Shown: positions 40,732 through 51,600 of the stretch, piece after piece
Layout: each line of letters opens with the position of its first letter
How positions within the stretch are numbered: position 1 is the stretch's first letter
Assembly: GCA_963815235.1 (NCBI GenBank)
Contig: CAWFFY010000003.1
Span: 1,161,478-1,225,477, forward strand
Reading direction: 5' to 3'
Length of the DNA: 64,000 nt
Origin: an uncultured Solirubrobacteraceae bacterium
GTDB lineage: Bacteria > Actinomycetota > Thermoleophilia > Solirubrobacterales > Solirubrobacteraceae
The notes under the pieces: generated by a model
The model's input: only the letters and a program-made list of their open reading frames with translations
What the model was told of the DNA's origin: nothing
The model's database searches: none
Position numbers and translations under genes: made by a program

Positions 40732-41835
40732 GTGCGGATGAGGCCGCCGGCATTTCCTGTCCCGTTCGCCGCGATACGCGCCGGCTTGGCTGTTCGTCGC
40801 AGCATTCTCGAGATCGCCGACCGGATCGTGCCGGTCGAGGGAGCGCTGTGGGATCTGGTGGCTGGAATGCAGCGCACCAAGCTCGCCGGCCTGCTCGTGA
40901 CCTCCGGCCTCGCGGATGCCCTCGGCGACCGTTCGCGCGAGGTCGGCGATCTCGCCAGAGAGCTGCATCTCTCCGAGGAGGTGACGCGGCGCGTGCTGGG
41001 TGCCTCGGCGGCCTCCCGACTTGTGCACATCGACCGCGGGGGACGAGCGCGCCTCGCGCGACTCGGTGCGCCGCTGCGCAGCGACCATCCGCACTCGATC
41101 GCGTCTTGGGCCGCCTACCAGGCGGCACCGGCGATGGCCGCCTCACACGGCGAGCTCGAAAACCAGTTGCGTGAGGGAGCCGAGCCCTCGGCTCATCGGC
41201 GAGCATTCGGTGACTCGATCTGGGACTACTTCGGCGAGCACCCGGACGAGGGAGCGCGCTTCGGCGACGCCATGCGGGAGCTGACGGCGATTGATCTCGC
41301 AGCGCTGGCCCGTGTGTACCCCTGGCCGCGTGACGGCGTGATTTGCGATGTCGGCGGCGGCATCGGGACGCTCCTCGCAGCGATCCTCGAGCGTCGCGAG
41401 GGCGCGCGAGGTGTCCTGCTCGACGCTCCAGAGGTGCTTCGCGATGCCGAGGGCTTCCTGCGCGCACGCGGCGTCGCCGAGCGGGTCGAACAGCGAGCCG
41501 GCGACCTGTTTGGCGAGCTCGATGCGCGCGCCGACGTCTACGTGCTCAAGTGGATCCTGCACGACTGGAACGACGACGCCTGCATTGACATCCTGCGCCG
41601 CGTGCGGGCGACCATGCCCGCTGGATCGAGAGTCGTCGTGATCGACCAGCATCTCGAGCCCAATCGCCCGAGCCCGCTGAGCTCGATGGCAGATCTCCTG
41701 ATGCTCGTCGAGTGCGAGGGCGGGCGCGAGCGCTCGCCGGTCGAGGTGCACAGCCTGATGCGCAACGCCGGGATTGTCCCCGGCCGCGTTCGGCACGCCG
41801 GTCTGCACATGGTCGTCGAGGGGGTAGCCGCATAG
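40732..41835 (+). CDS. SAM-dependent O-methyltransferase (Methyltransf_2 with dimerisation domain)
   Basis: ICDVGGGIG, GDLF, LKWILHDW and GGRERS motifs. Confidence 0.92.
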   Translation: MRMRPPAFPVPFAAIRAGLAVRRSILEIADRIVPVEGALWDLVAGMQRTKLAGLLVTSGLADALGDRSREVGDLARELHLSEEVTRRVLGASAASRLVHIDRGGRARLARLGAPLRSDHPHSIASWAAYQAAPAMAASHGELENQLREGAEPSAHRRAFGDSIWDYFGEHPDEGARFGDAMRELTAIDLAALARVYPWPRDGVICDVGGGIGTLLAAILERREGARGVLLDAPEVLRDAEGFLRARGVAERVEQRAGDLFGELDARADVYVLKWILHDWNDDACIDILRRVRATMPAGSRVVVIDQHLEPNRPSPLSSMADLLMLVECEGGRERSPVEVHSLMRNAGIVPGRVRHAGLHMVVEGVAA

Positions 41836-43067
41836 GCCCGCCGGCGCGGTATATCGGGGCCGGAGGCACCTTTCGCCTGGAGCCGCCACGGCTGCGAACG
41901 ACGGGCGATCCGGACGAGGAACGGCACGCGACCTGGTTCGAGCTGTTCTTCGACCTGGTCTTCGTCGCGGCGGTCGGCGAGCTCGCCGACTCGCTCGCCC
42001 AGAATCCCGTGACGGCGACGTTCGCGCGGTTCGTCGCACTGTTCGTCGTGGTCGTGTGGGCGTGGATCCTCTACACGGCGTACACGAACCGATTTGACAC
42101 CGACGACCTCATCTTCCGCTTGGCCAAGTCCGGCGCGATGCTCGCGATCGCCGCCGTCGCCGTCAACGTCCCTGAGGTGATGGAGGGTCGCGGCGGCGCC
42201 GTCGGGTTCGCAATCGGATACGTGGTGTTGCGTTCGTTTCTGATCGCCCTGTACGTCCGCGCCCGCCACGATGTGCCGGGTCCGGGTCGCAAGCTGTCGG
42301 AGGTGTACATCGTCGGCTATGGCGCCACCACCGGCGTGTGGCTGCTGTCGATTTTCGTTCCGGGCCCGCTTCGTTACGTGCTCTGGGGTGCGGCGATGGT
42401 GGTGGACCTGGCGATCCCGATACGCGCTTGGGGAATGCTCAAGGAGCACGCGGTCGCGGTCTCCCACCTGACCGAGCGCTTCGGGACGTTCTTCATCATC
42501 GTTCTCGGCCAGTCGGTCATCGCTGTCGTGGCAGGCGTGGCCGGCCTCGGGTTCACGTTGCAGTCCTGGATCGTCGGGGCCCTGTGTTTCGTGGTCACGC
42601 TCTGCCTGTGGTGGATCTACTTCGATCTCACTGACACCTCGGTAGTCGGGCGTGGCGTGCTCGGGCTCGTCTACGTCTACAGCCACTTCCCATTGCTCGT
42701 CGGCGTGTCCGCCTTTGGGGTGGGGGCCAAACTTGCCATCACCCAGGCGGGACAGCCGGGTCTCACCGCCGGTGCGCGATGGGCACTCGCAGGCGGAATC
42801 GGCGCCTTTGCGCTCGCGCTGGCGGTTGTTCACCTTGGAGCCGAGTGGACGTCGAGCCACGATCGCACCTTCATCGGCCGGATCGTGCTCGCGGCGCTCG
42901 CGATCACGCTGGCGGCGGCGGGTGGCGCGATCCCGCCGCTGGCATTCGCTGCGCTTCTCGCTATTGCACTGTTCGCGCAGCTGATGCTGGAGGCGTTCAC
43001 CCCTCGCGTCGGGGCGGCGACGGTCGTCGAGCCACGCGCTGAGGCGCTGGTCGCGCCCACTGCCTGA
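41832..43067 (+). CDS. ltrA: Low temperature requirement protein A (LtrA) family membrane protein
   Basis: HATWFELFFDLVFV, NRFDTDD, HLTERFGTFFIIVLG and LWWIYF motifs; start codon uncertain. Confidence 0.88.
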   Translation: MGPPARYIGAGGTFRLEPPRLRTTGDPDEERHATWFELFFDLVFVAAVGELADSLAQNPVTATFARFVALFVVVVWAWILYTAYTNRFDTDDLIFRLAKSGAMLAIAAVAVNVPEVMEGRGGAVGFAIGYVVLRSFLIALYVRARHDVPGPGRKLSEVYIVGYGATTGVWLLSIFVPGPLRYVLWGAAMVVDLAIPIRAWGMLKEHAVAVSHLTERFGTFFIIVLGQSVIAVVAGVAGLGFTLQSWIVGALCFVVTLCLWWIYFDLTDTSVVGRGVLGLVYVYSHFPLLVGVSAFGVGAKLAITQAGQPGLTAGARWALAGGIGAFALALAVVHLGAEWTSSHDRTFIGRIVLAALAITLAAAGGAIPPLAFAALLAIALFAQLMLEAFTPRVGAATVVEPRAEALVAPTA

Positions 43068-43893
43068 GACCCGTGTCAGGGTTCGCAGCCCACTCGGCGA
43101 AGCTTTTGAACGCGACCTCGGGGTAGCGCAGCTTGAGCGCGTCGATGTCCACGGCATAACCCCGCCGTGCGAGAAACGAGTACATCGCGGCGAGGTCAGG
43201 GTTCCGTTCGGCGAGCTTCGCCAAGGCGACCTGCTCGTGCCGGACCCCGATCGCCAGCGCCATCGCCTCCGGGGTCGGGCTGTCGCCTGCGACCTCGACG
43301 CGCTCACCGATGTGCGCTTCGCGCTGCGAGAGGATCACGCTGACCAGCGCTGCCAGGTCTTCGAGGGCGACCTGCTGCAGCGGCGTGTCGCTCGGCAGCG
43401 GAAGCGGTAGCCGGCCCTTGCTGATGGCATCGCGCGAGCTGAGAACGTTCTCGTAGAAGTAGCTCGGGGCGACCACGGTCCACGTGAGCGCCGACTCCCG
43501 CAGAGCTTGCTCGATGCGTGCCTTGCTCCTGAAATGGGGAACGTCGGCGTCGGCGGCGGAAGCGACTGAAGCGAGGATCAGCCACGGCAGCCTCGCCTCG
43601 GTCGCCGAGGCGATGATCTGCGCACCCTGATGAAACTCCTCCTCCGCGCCGCCCTGGAAGGGAGTCGTGACCGCGTATGCCACTTCAACGTCCGTCAGCG
43701 CCCGCGTCACGCTTGCGCCGTCGTCGAGGTCTCCGACGGCCAGGCGCGCCCCGCGTCGTTCGAGCGCGAGAGCACGCTCGGAGCGCGGGTCGCGAACGAA
43801 GGCGGTTACGGCTTCGCCGGCGTCCAGCAGGGCCTTGGCCACGGCGCCACCGTGCGTGCCCGTCGCGCCAAACACGAGAGTCGGGGCCGACAC
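42997..43893 (-). CDS. NmrA-family NAD(P)-binding protein
   Basis: VFGATGTHGG, PHFRSKARIE and PSYFYEN motifs. Confidence 0.9.
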   Translation of the reverse strand: MSAPTLVFGATGTHGGAVAKALLDAGEAVTAFVRDPRSERALALERRGARLAVGDLDDGASVTRALTDVEVAYAVTTPFQGGAEEEFHQGAQIIASATEARLPWLILASVASAADADVPHFRSKARIEQALRESALTWTVVAPSYFYENVLSSRDAISKGRLPLPLPSDTPLQQVALEDLAALVSVILSQREAHIGERVEVAGDSPTPEAMALAIGVRHEQVALAKLAERNPDLAAMYSFLARRGYAVDIDALKLRYPEVAFKSFAEWAANPDTGLRQWARPAPQRVARRPSPPRREG

Positions 43894-43898
43894 TGGAG

Positions 43899-45551
43899 CT
43901 AGGCCCCGGCCGATCCGGCGATCGATCCATCGCCGGTCTCGTCGGTCGGGGTCGGCGGCGGGGGAGTCAGCCAGTGTGTGACCTGCGGTGGACGCTCTGT
44001 TTCACTCATCGCGTCGATCCGCTGCAGCCGGTCGCTGTCGCGCGCGCTCACGCGCTCGTGCTGACGTAGATGTTCCTCCCACGAGGAGACGACGAACTGC
44101 TCGAGAAAACGCCCCGGATCGTTGCTGTCGCGCCACACCTGCCAGGAGCTCGCGCCGGTACGCCGGCGACTGTAGCGGAGGTCGTAGAGCTCGCTGAGGA
44201 ACTGGTCGCGTAGCTCGGCGCGTGGTCGGTATTCGACGCTCACCATCACCGGTCCGCCGGGTGGTTGGTCATCGACGATCATCGGCGCCGGCCAGTCGCC
44301 GGCCGGAAGCAGTTCGTCCGGTGCGATTGCTTTGAACGGTGCCCGCAGGCCGAGCAGAGGACCGAGCGCGAGCCCGACGGCGGCCACGAGCAGCGTGCTC
44401 GACAGGCCTATGCGTCCGGCCGCGATCCCGAGGACCGCGCTGCCGATCGCGTTGCCGCCCTGGAACACGATCAGGTAGTAGCCCATTCCGCGTGCCTTCG
44501 CCCACCCGGGGAGGCTTGATTGATAGATCGAGTTGAGGGTCGAGAGCGCGAGGATCCAGGCCGTGCCGCCAACCACCAGCGCCACCCCGACCAGCACGAC
44601 CACGTGCACGTAGGCGAGTACCAGCGCCAGGCCTGCGACGCTCACGGAGCCGATTCCGAGCATCTGCCCCGGCGTGAGCCGGTTGCGCAGGCCGGGTAGC
44701 AGCGCCGCACCGGCCACCGCTCCGATGCCGACGCAGCCGAGCAGGAGCCCGTAGCCGCCTGAGCCGAGGTGCAGCGCGTGGCTTGCGGTCAGCGGCAGCA
44801 GCGCCCAGATCGAGCTCGCGAAGAACACGAACGCACCTGCTCGCAGCAGGATCACCCGCAGCACCGGGCTCGCCGAGACGTAACGCCCACCTGCGCGGAC
44901 CGCCTGGCGGATCTGTTCGGGCGGGAGCGGGCCGGCCGGGCGCTTGTGCTCGCGCCACCGCACGAGCACCGCGATCACCGCAAAGAAGCTGATCGCGTTG
45001 ATCGTGAACACCGTGCCGACGCTCGTCGCTGCGACGAGCGCACCCCCGATCGCCGGGCCGATGGCGCGGGCGAGGTTCTGGTTGACCGATCCGAGCGCGA
45101 TCGCCTGCGGGCGCTCCGTTGACTTCACGAGTTCGGGCTGCAGCGTCTGCCACGTCGGCGACGTCAAGGCCTGCCCAGCCCCGAGCGCGAACAGCAACGC
45201 AAGCAGCGCCACCGGTGTGAGCACTCCTGCGACCGCCAGCGCTCCGAGCGCTCCGGCAACCAGCGCCATGAAGAACTGTGCGCCGATCAGGAATCGCCGC
45301 CGGTCCACGAGATCTCCGAGCGCCCCCGCGGGCACCGCCAACAGGAGCGTGGGGAGGCTCGACGCCGTCTGGATCAGCGCGACCGGGGCCGCCGCCGTCG
45401 TCAGCGAGAGCATCAGCCATTGCGCGCCGACGGTCTGCATCCAGCTGCCGATGTTGCTGACGAACTGCGCAGTCCACATTGCTCGGAAGTCGGCCGAGCG
45501 AAACGGACCCCACGGCGAGGGAGAGCTGGCGGGTTGCGAGGGCGCCGGCAT
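43899..45551 (-). CDS. MFS transporter (MFS_3/DUF894 type with C-terminal soluble domain)
   Basis: FVSNIGSWMQTVG, GALGDLVDRRR, NLARAIGPAIGG; C-terminal SWEEHLRQHER. Confidence 0.92.
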   Translation of the reverse strand: MPAPSQPASSPSPWGPFRSADFRAMWTAQFVSNIGSWMQTVGAQWLMLSLTTAAAPVALIQTASSLPTLLLAVPAGALGDLVDRRRFLIGAQFFMALVAGALGALAVAGVLTPVALLALLFALGAGQALTSPTWQTLQPELVKSTERPQAIALGSVNQNLARAIGPAIGGALVAATSVGTVFTINAISFFAVIAVLVRWREHKRPAGPLPPEQIRQAVRAGGRYVSASPVLRVILLRAGAFVFFASSIWALLPLTASHALHLGSGGYGLLLGCVGIGAVAGAALLPGLRNRLTPGQMLGIGSVSVAGLALVLAYVHVVVLVGVALVVGGTAWILALSTLNSIYQSSLPGWAKARGMGYYLIVFQGGNAIGSAVLGIAAGRIGLSSTLLVAAVGLALGPLLGLRAPFKAIAPDELLPAGDWPAPMIVDDQPPGGPVMVSVEYRPRAELRDQFLSELYDLRYSRRRTGASSWQVWRDSNDPGRFLEQFVVSSWEEHLRQHERVSARDSDRLQRIDAMSETERPPQVTHWLTPPPPTPTDETGDGSIAGSAGA

Positions 45552-45564
45552 GGGGTGAGACTAG

Positions 45565-45798
45565 TTGCAGGCAGCCGGCCGATGGAACAAGTCGGTGACG
45601 TTGGAAGGCTCAGGCAAAGGGACCGTCATCTACCCAGCCGTGTCGAATCCTGTCTGCTCGCCGGGGTCGCTGTGTGGCGGCACCGCCAGCAACATCATCC
45701 TCGTCGAAGCGAACGACGTCATGATCACGAACCTCCGACTCAAGGGTGATAACCCCAATCTCTCGGGTGTGACTGTCGGTGGTGAAGACATCGACGCT
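45565..45798 (+). pseudogene. Orphan fragment of a parallel beta-helix (pectin lyase-like) secreted protein gene
   Basis: NKSVTLEGSGKGTVIYP...ILVEANDVMITNLRLKGDN; no signal peptide; runs into the antisense strand of the patatin gene. Confidence 0.55.
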
Positions 45799-46728
45799 CT
45801 ACGCGGCGCGCCGCTGGCCGAGCGCGGCGAGCCTGCGGCCCTGCTCAAGCCCCGCGTCGATCACTCCCTGGCGACGGCTCGCATCCATCAGATTGGTACC
45901 CATCGCGGCGACGCTCGCATCGTCGGGGTTGATCGTCGTCACCGTCGCGCCGCGATTCTTCAGGACCAGTGCCTCGGCGCCCGCTATGCCTCGCGAGACG
46001 GGGCCGATAGCGCCGGCCAGCGCGCCGAGCGAAGGGCGCAGCGAACCGGTCGGATTCAGACACAGCACGCGATCGCCCTTGCCTGCAGCGCTCGCGTCCA
46101 TGTTGGTCGGGCTCCACACGCCGCCGTCGACGTAGGTGCGACCGTCGGCTGTCAGCGGGCGGAAGACGCCGGGGATCGCGCACGAAGCCTGGACGGCGAA
46201 TGAGACCGTGACCTCGGGGGCCCCGGGCGCGCCGAACACGACCCGCCGACCGCTCTCACGCTCGAGCGCGACGATTCGCAAACGACCGTCCCAGCTGACA
46301 GCGGCGAGCTCGAGGTGCCGCTCGAGCTCGGCCAGCGTTCGCTGGCCATCGGGGACGCGCAGCAGCAGGCGGCGCCGCAGCATCGCTCCGCCGGGCGCCG
46401 TCGAGGCGGACGCCAACGCCGCGAGCGGAGCGGCGGCGGTGCTGGCCATGCCGGCGGCGGCCCCAAACGCCTGTCGCAGCGTCGTCAAAGGACGCGCGTC
46501 TGACACCGGCTTGGCCGCCGATCTCGACAGCGGCCCCAAGCGCGCCTCGGGTGCCACGCCCGCGACCAGCGACGTCGCAACGATCGAGCCCGCCGAGGTC
46601 CCGACGTAGCTTGCGCAGGCGCGAGCGTCGAAGTGCGCCCCATCTTCGATCCCTGTGAGCAGCGCGCTCATCCAGGCCTCGCCGAGGGTTCCGCCGCCGC
46701 CGAGGACGAGTACGTCAGGGGTCCGCAT
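45799..46728 (-). CDS. Patatin-like phospholipase
   Basis: LVLGGGG, GTSAG, ASCAIPG and YVDGG motifs. Confidence 0.92.
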   Translation of the reverse strand: MRTPDVLVLGGGGTLGEAWMSALLTGIEDGAHFDARACASYVGTSAGSIVATSLVAGVAPEARLGPLSRSAAKPVSDARPLTTLRQAFGAAAGMASTAAAPLAALASASTAPGGAMLRRRLLLRVPDGQRTLAELERHLELAAVSWDGRLRIVALERESGRRVVFGAPGAPEVTVSFAVQASCAIPGVFRPLTADGRTYVDGGVWSPTNMDASAAGKGDRVLCLNPTGSLRPSLGALAGAIGPVSRGIAGAEALVLKNRGATVTTINPDDASVAAMGTNLMDASRRQGVIDAGLEQGRRLAALGQRRAA

Positions 46729-46798
46729 CTGTTTCCAGGATAGGCGGTGCGCTGCGACAGGAATGTGATGGATCTCCGGCGCGGGCGTAGTTAAGGTG

Positions 46799-47368
46799 AT
46801 GAGTCGAATCGTGTCCTCTTCGGATGAGCGCTCGCAGCCGTCTCCCCCTCCGAGCGCGTTGGACGCACGCGCGTTCGCTGCGCTCTTCAGCGAATGCGCC
46901 GCCGACGTCCACGCGTATGCGATAACGCTGCTCGGCGAGCGCTCGGCGGCGGAGGATGTGACGGCGCTTGCATTCGAGCGCCTGTACCGCTCGCGCGCGC
47001 GGCTGGACCGCAACCGGGGAACCCCGCGCGCCTGGCTGTTCTCGATCGCGCGCAACGCCGCGCTCGACGAGCTCCGCAGTCGTCGACGCAGGCCGCTGCT
47101 CGAGCTCGACGAGGGCCTGATTGGCGAGTCCAGCGTGGGTGACACGCTCGAGCGCCTCGCTCGGCGGGCGACTGTTCGCGACGCGCTCGCGGCGCTGCCG
47201 ATTCGCGAACGCGAGCTGGTGCTGTTGAAGTTCCACGGGCAGCTCACCAACGGCGAGTTGGCGCGCGCGCTGGGCATCAGCGAGTCCAACGCCGGCACGC
47301 GTCTGCACCGCGCACTCACGCGCCTGCGCGAGTGCTGCGCCGATCTCGACAGACAGGAGGTCGCATGA
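46799..47368 (+). CDS. ECF sigma-70 factor
   Basis: AEDVT, RAWLFSIARNAALDELR and region 4 ELARALGISESNAGTRLHRA. Confidence 0.92.
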   Translation: MSRIVSSSDERSQPSPPPSALDARAFAALFSECAADVHAYAITLLGERSAAEDVTALAFERLYRSRARLDRNRGTPRAWLFSIARNAALDELRSRRRRPLLELDEGLIGESSVGDTLERLARRATVRDALAALPIRERELVLLKFHGQLTNGELARALGISESNAGTRLHRALTRLRECCADLDRQEVA

Positions 47369-48555
47369 GGGTCATCAGCTTCCCGGGCGGGGACTCCGCT
47401 GACCCCCAGGACACGTGGGTGCTCGAGCTGGAGGCCGCGCTGAACGGCGAGGCCGAAGGACCCGCCGCCGAGTCCTGGCGTGAGCTACGTGAGGACGTGC
47501 GGGCGCTCGCGCCGCCGATGACGCCCGCCTTTGAGCGGCGCCTGACCGAGCGACTCCTCGAGCGGGAGGCCCGCCCCAGCCGTCACGGCGGCGCGGATCG
47601 GGCGCGAGCTCTCTTGCGTCCGCGTGCCCTCGCAGCGATGACGAGCGTCGCTGTCGCCGCGATCGCGCTCGTGATCGGGCTGGGTGGGAACCGGCCGCAG
47701 CACTCTGTGCTGCCGCAGCTGAAGGAGGAAAGGCGCGCGGGCGAAGGCTCCCGGGCGCAGGCGACGCCGCATGTGCACTCGGCCAAGCCCGCGGAAGCGC
47801 GGGCCAGCGGTGCGGCGAGCTCGCCCGCTGTCAAAGCAAACGCCCAGGGTCTCGCGCCCGCGGCGAGCGCATCGGGGCGCGTCCAGCAGCTCGGGGCATC
47901 CGTCGGCCTGAGCGCGAGCCCGGGCAACGTTCAGAATGTCTCCGACGCCGTCGCGCGCCTGGCGGCGCGGGAGGAAGGCTACGTGCAGCAGTCCCACGCG
48001 CAGGTGCAGGAGCATGGCCCAAGCGAAGCGAACCTCACCCTGAAGCTGCCGAGTGCGCGGCTCGCGGCGGCGCTGGCGGCGATCGCGCGGCTCGCGCCGG
48101 TGAGCTCTGAGAGCCAGTCGCTGCAGGACATCACCAACGCCTACGAAGCGGCGCATCAGCGACTGGCGGACGCGCGCGCCGAACGTCAGGCGCTGCTCAG
48201 AGCGCTCGCTGCCGCAACGACCGAAGGCCAGATCGACAGCCTGCGCGAACGCCTGTCGCAGGCGCGCAATGCGATCACCCAGGACCAGGCCGCTGTGCGG
48301 TCGGTGTCCCAGCGCGCGAGCACGGCCGAAGTAGAAGTGACCGTGCTCGGGAGCGCCGCCGCCAGCCATGCGAACGAAGGGCTCACGCTGCACCGCGGTC
48401 TCCACGACGCCGTGCGCGTGCTGACCGTTGCCCTCATCGCGATCCTGATCGTTGCCGCGGCGTTTGTCCCGGTCGCGCTCGTGATCGCGGCGCTCGCCAT
48501 CGCGCGCAGGATATGGCGCCGCTACCGGCGTGAACGGGCGCTCGACCCGGCATGA
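47365..48555 (+). CDS. DUF4349-domain membrane protein, probable anti-sigma factor
   Basis: AGGAGG RBS and ATGA overlap with the sigma gene; N-terminal anti-sigma-like helix, TM, LKLPS...QDITNAY core, C-terminal TM. Confidence 0.8.
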   Translation: MRVISFPGGDSADPQDTWVLELEAALNGEAEGPAAESWRELREDVRALAPPMTPAFERRLTERLLEREARPSRHGGADRARALLRPRALAAMTSVAVAAIALVIGLGGNRPQHSVLPQLKEERRAGEGSRAQATPHVHSAKPAEARASGAASSPAVKANAQGLAPAASASGRVQQLGASVGLSASPGNVQNVSDAVARLAAREEGYVQQSHAQVQEHGPSEANLTLKLPSARLAAALAAIARLAPVSSESQSLQDITNAYEAAHQRLADARAERQALLRALAAATTEGQIDSLRERLSQARNAITQDQAAVRSVSQRASTAEVEVTVLGSAAASHANEGLTLHRGLHDAVRVLTVALIAILIVAAAFVPVALVIAALAIARRIWRRYRRERALDPA

Positions 48556-48685
48556 CAGAACCGCTCGCAGCCGTTTGCCGGTGTCCTTCCGACTGGTAGT
48601 CTGCAGCGGCCGGTCGGCAAGTCGAGGGACGGCCGAGCGCTCGCAGGGAGAGCGCTTTCAACGGGTGGATACGGGAGAGGCGGGG

Positions 48686-51600
48686 ATGGCAAGGATGACC
48701 GAACGAGTGCGGCCGATCATCAGACGGCTCGCGTGGCCGCTCGCGAGCCTGGTGCTTCTAGCGGCTTTCCTGGCGGGCCCGGCCGGAGCGCGCGTCGCCG
48801 GCGCCGCCAGCCCCGCATCCGCCACCAGCAAAGCTCCCAAAGTCAGTAAGGACCCGGTCAGCGTGACCGTCGAAGAAGGTGCCACGGCCGTCTTCGAAGC
48901 GGCTGCCTCGGGTGTCCCCGCGCCGAGCGTGCAATGGGAAGTTTCGACCAACGGCGGCGCAGCGTGGAGCCCCGTGACGGGGGCGACCGCGGACGCGCTC
49001 ACGGTCGCGGACGCGAAAACCGCGGAAAGCGGTCATCAGTACCGTGCGGTCTTCACCAACAGCGCCGGCTCCGAGACCAGCAAGGCGGCGACGCTGACCG
49101 TGCAGCTGGCCCCCACGGTGACCCAGCAGCCGGCGGGCGTGACCGTCGAAGAAGGCCACAGCGCGACCTTCAAAGTGGGGGCCGCCGGCTCCCCGACGCC
49201 GACTGTGCAGTGGGACCTGTCGATCGACGGCGGCCACACGTGGGCTGCGGTCAAGTACGCGACGTCGAGCCAGCTCTCGATCGCGAGCGCCAAAACGTCC
49301 GAAGACGGCGACGAGTATCGCGCCGTCCTCACCAACGTCGCCGGCAGCGTCACGAGCGAAGCGGCGACGCTGACCGTCCACAACATTCCGAAGTTGACAC
49401 AACAGCCGACAAGCGCGCTCGCCGAAGAAGGCCATCCCGCGAGCTTCGAAGCGAGCGCGACGGGCTTCCCAACGCCGACTGTGCAGTGGGAACTCTCGAC
49501 CGACGGCGGTGGCGACTGGTCTCCAGTGGTGGGAGCGACCGCGAACAAGCTTACGATCGCCAGCGTCAGCGGCTCCGAAAGCGGTGACCAGTATCGCGCC
49601 GTGTTCACGAACGTTGCCGGCAGCGCGACGAGCAGCGCGGCCAGCTTGACGGTTCGGACGTTCCCGGTGGTGGTCGAGCAGCCGCTGGCCACGACCGTCG
49701 AAGTCGGCCAGGGCGCACACTTCGAAGCCGCGGCGTCGGGCTTCCCTACGCCGAGCGCTCAGTGGGAAGTGTCGAGCAACGACGGCAGCAGCTGGAGCGC
49801 CGTCGCCGGGGCCAGCGCCGATCAGCTCACGGTTGAAGACGTGCAGTCCTCGCAAAGCGGCAACGAGTATCGGGTGCTGTTCACGAATACAGCCGGCAGA
49901 GCCGTCAGCGAAGCGGTGAGGTTGACGGTCGCCATGCACCACTACCGCGTCGTCGCCTGGGGCGCCGACACGTTCGGGCAACTGGGCGATGGCAACTTCG
50001 CCCAGAGCGACACGCCCGTGCTGACGAGCGGCTTGAACTTCGTCACCGCGATCGCCGCCGGCAAGAATCACAGCCTCGCGCTGCTGAGCGACGGCAGCAT
50101 CGTGGCCTGGGGAGCCGACACCTTTGGGCAGCTCGGCGACGAAGAAGAAGTCAGCAGCGACGTGCCTGAACCGGTCGTCGGGTTGACGGAAGCCACGGCG
50201 ATCGCGGCAGGCGCCGACCAGAGCATGGCGTTGCTCGGCAACGGCTCGGTCATGGCCTGGGGGGGGAACGAATCGGGACAGCTGGGCGATGGCAGCACGA
50301 CCGAAACCGAAAAACCGGTCGCCGTCAAAGGGCTGAGCGGCGTCACCGCGATCGCGGCCGGCGGTGAACATGGCTTGGCGCTGCTGAGCGACGGAACGGT
50401 GATGGCGTGGGGAGAAAACGAATACGGCCAGCTCGGGGACGGGGTCACGAAAAACAGCGACGTGCCGGTGCCTGTGAAAGGGCTGACCGGCGTCATCGCG
50501 ATCGCCGCCGGCGAACAGTTCAGCCTGGCGCTCCTCGGCGACGGTCAGGTGATGGCGTGGGGCGCCGACCAGTTCGGGGAGCTGGGCAACAGCAGCGTCA
50601 CGGCCAGGGGGCCGCAGGAAGAACGCTTCAGTGAAGCGCCGGTTGCTGTGGAAGGCATCGGCAACGCGAGCGCGATCGCCGCCGGCGGGCGCCACGGACT
50701 CGCGCTCGTGGCCGGCGGCACGGTCCTCGCGTGGGGCGCGGACGGCGAGGGGCAGCTGGGCGCCGGTTCGATCGAATCCAGCAGCGAAGGGACCGTGCCG
50801 GTCAGCGGCCTCACCGGAGTCACACAGATCGCCGCCGCAGGCAACCACAGCATCGCGCTGCTGGCTGGCGGCACCGTCGATACGTGGGGAGAAAACAGGC
50901 ACGGCGAGCTGGGCGACGGCAGCTCCGGCGAACCGAGCGACGTGCCTGTCGCGGTCGCGAGTCTCGGCGAGGTGTACGGCATCGCGGCCGGCGGCATGCA
51001 CGACCTCGCCTTCACAGAACCCGTCCCGACAGTCACCGCTGTGAGCCCAGCCAGCGGGCCCGCCGCCGGGGGCGTGAGAGTGACGATCAAGGGTGCCGCG
51101 TTCGAGGGCGCAACCGCTGTCCACTTCGGCGCGAAGGCCGCCACCAGCTTCACCGTCGCATCGTCCGAAACCATCTCTGCGCTCGCCCCGGCGGGAGCGC
51201 TCGGCAGCATCGACGTGACCGTCACCACGGCCGCCGGCACGAGCCCGACCGGGACGGCCGACCGGTTCACCTACGCGGGGACGCCCACGGTCGCGAGGCT
51301 GTCGGTCAAGGGCGGCGCGGGCGGAACGTCGGTGGTGATCACGGGCACAAACCTCAACGGCGCGACTTCGGTCAGCTTCGGCGCAAGCGCCGCAACCGGC
51401 GTGACCGTCGAATCCGCGACCCAGATCACCGCTGTCGCGCCCGCCGGATTCGGGACGGTCGACGTGACGGTCACGGCGCCAGGCGGCACCAGCGTGATCT
51501 CCAAGCACGACAAGTTCGGCTACACGCCGGCGGTCACGGGCATCACGCCCGGTGGCGGCTCAGCCGGGGGCGCCACGACCGTGACGATCACCGGCACCGG

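Noticed and set aside
45799-47319. 506-aa patatin ORF
   Set aside because: The upstream part is the antisense shadow of the ECF sigma gene; patatin starts at 46728
48758-51508. 916-aa minus-strand ORF
   Set aside because: Antisense shadow of the Ig-RCC1-IPT gene, typical of high-GC codon bias; no motifs
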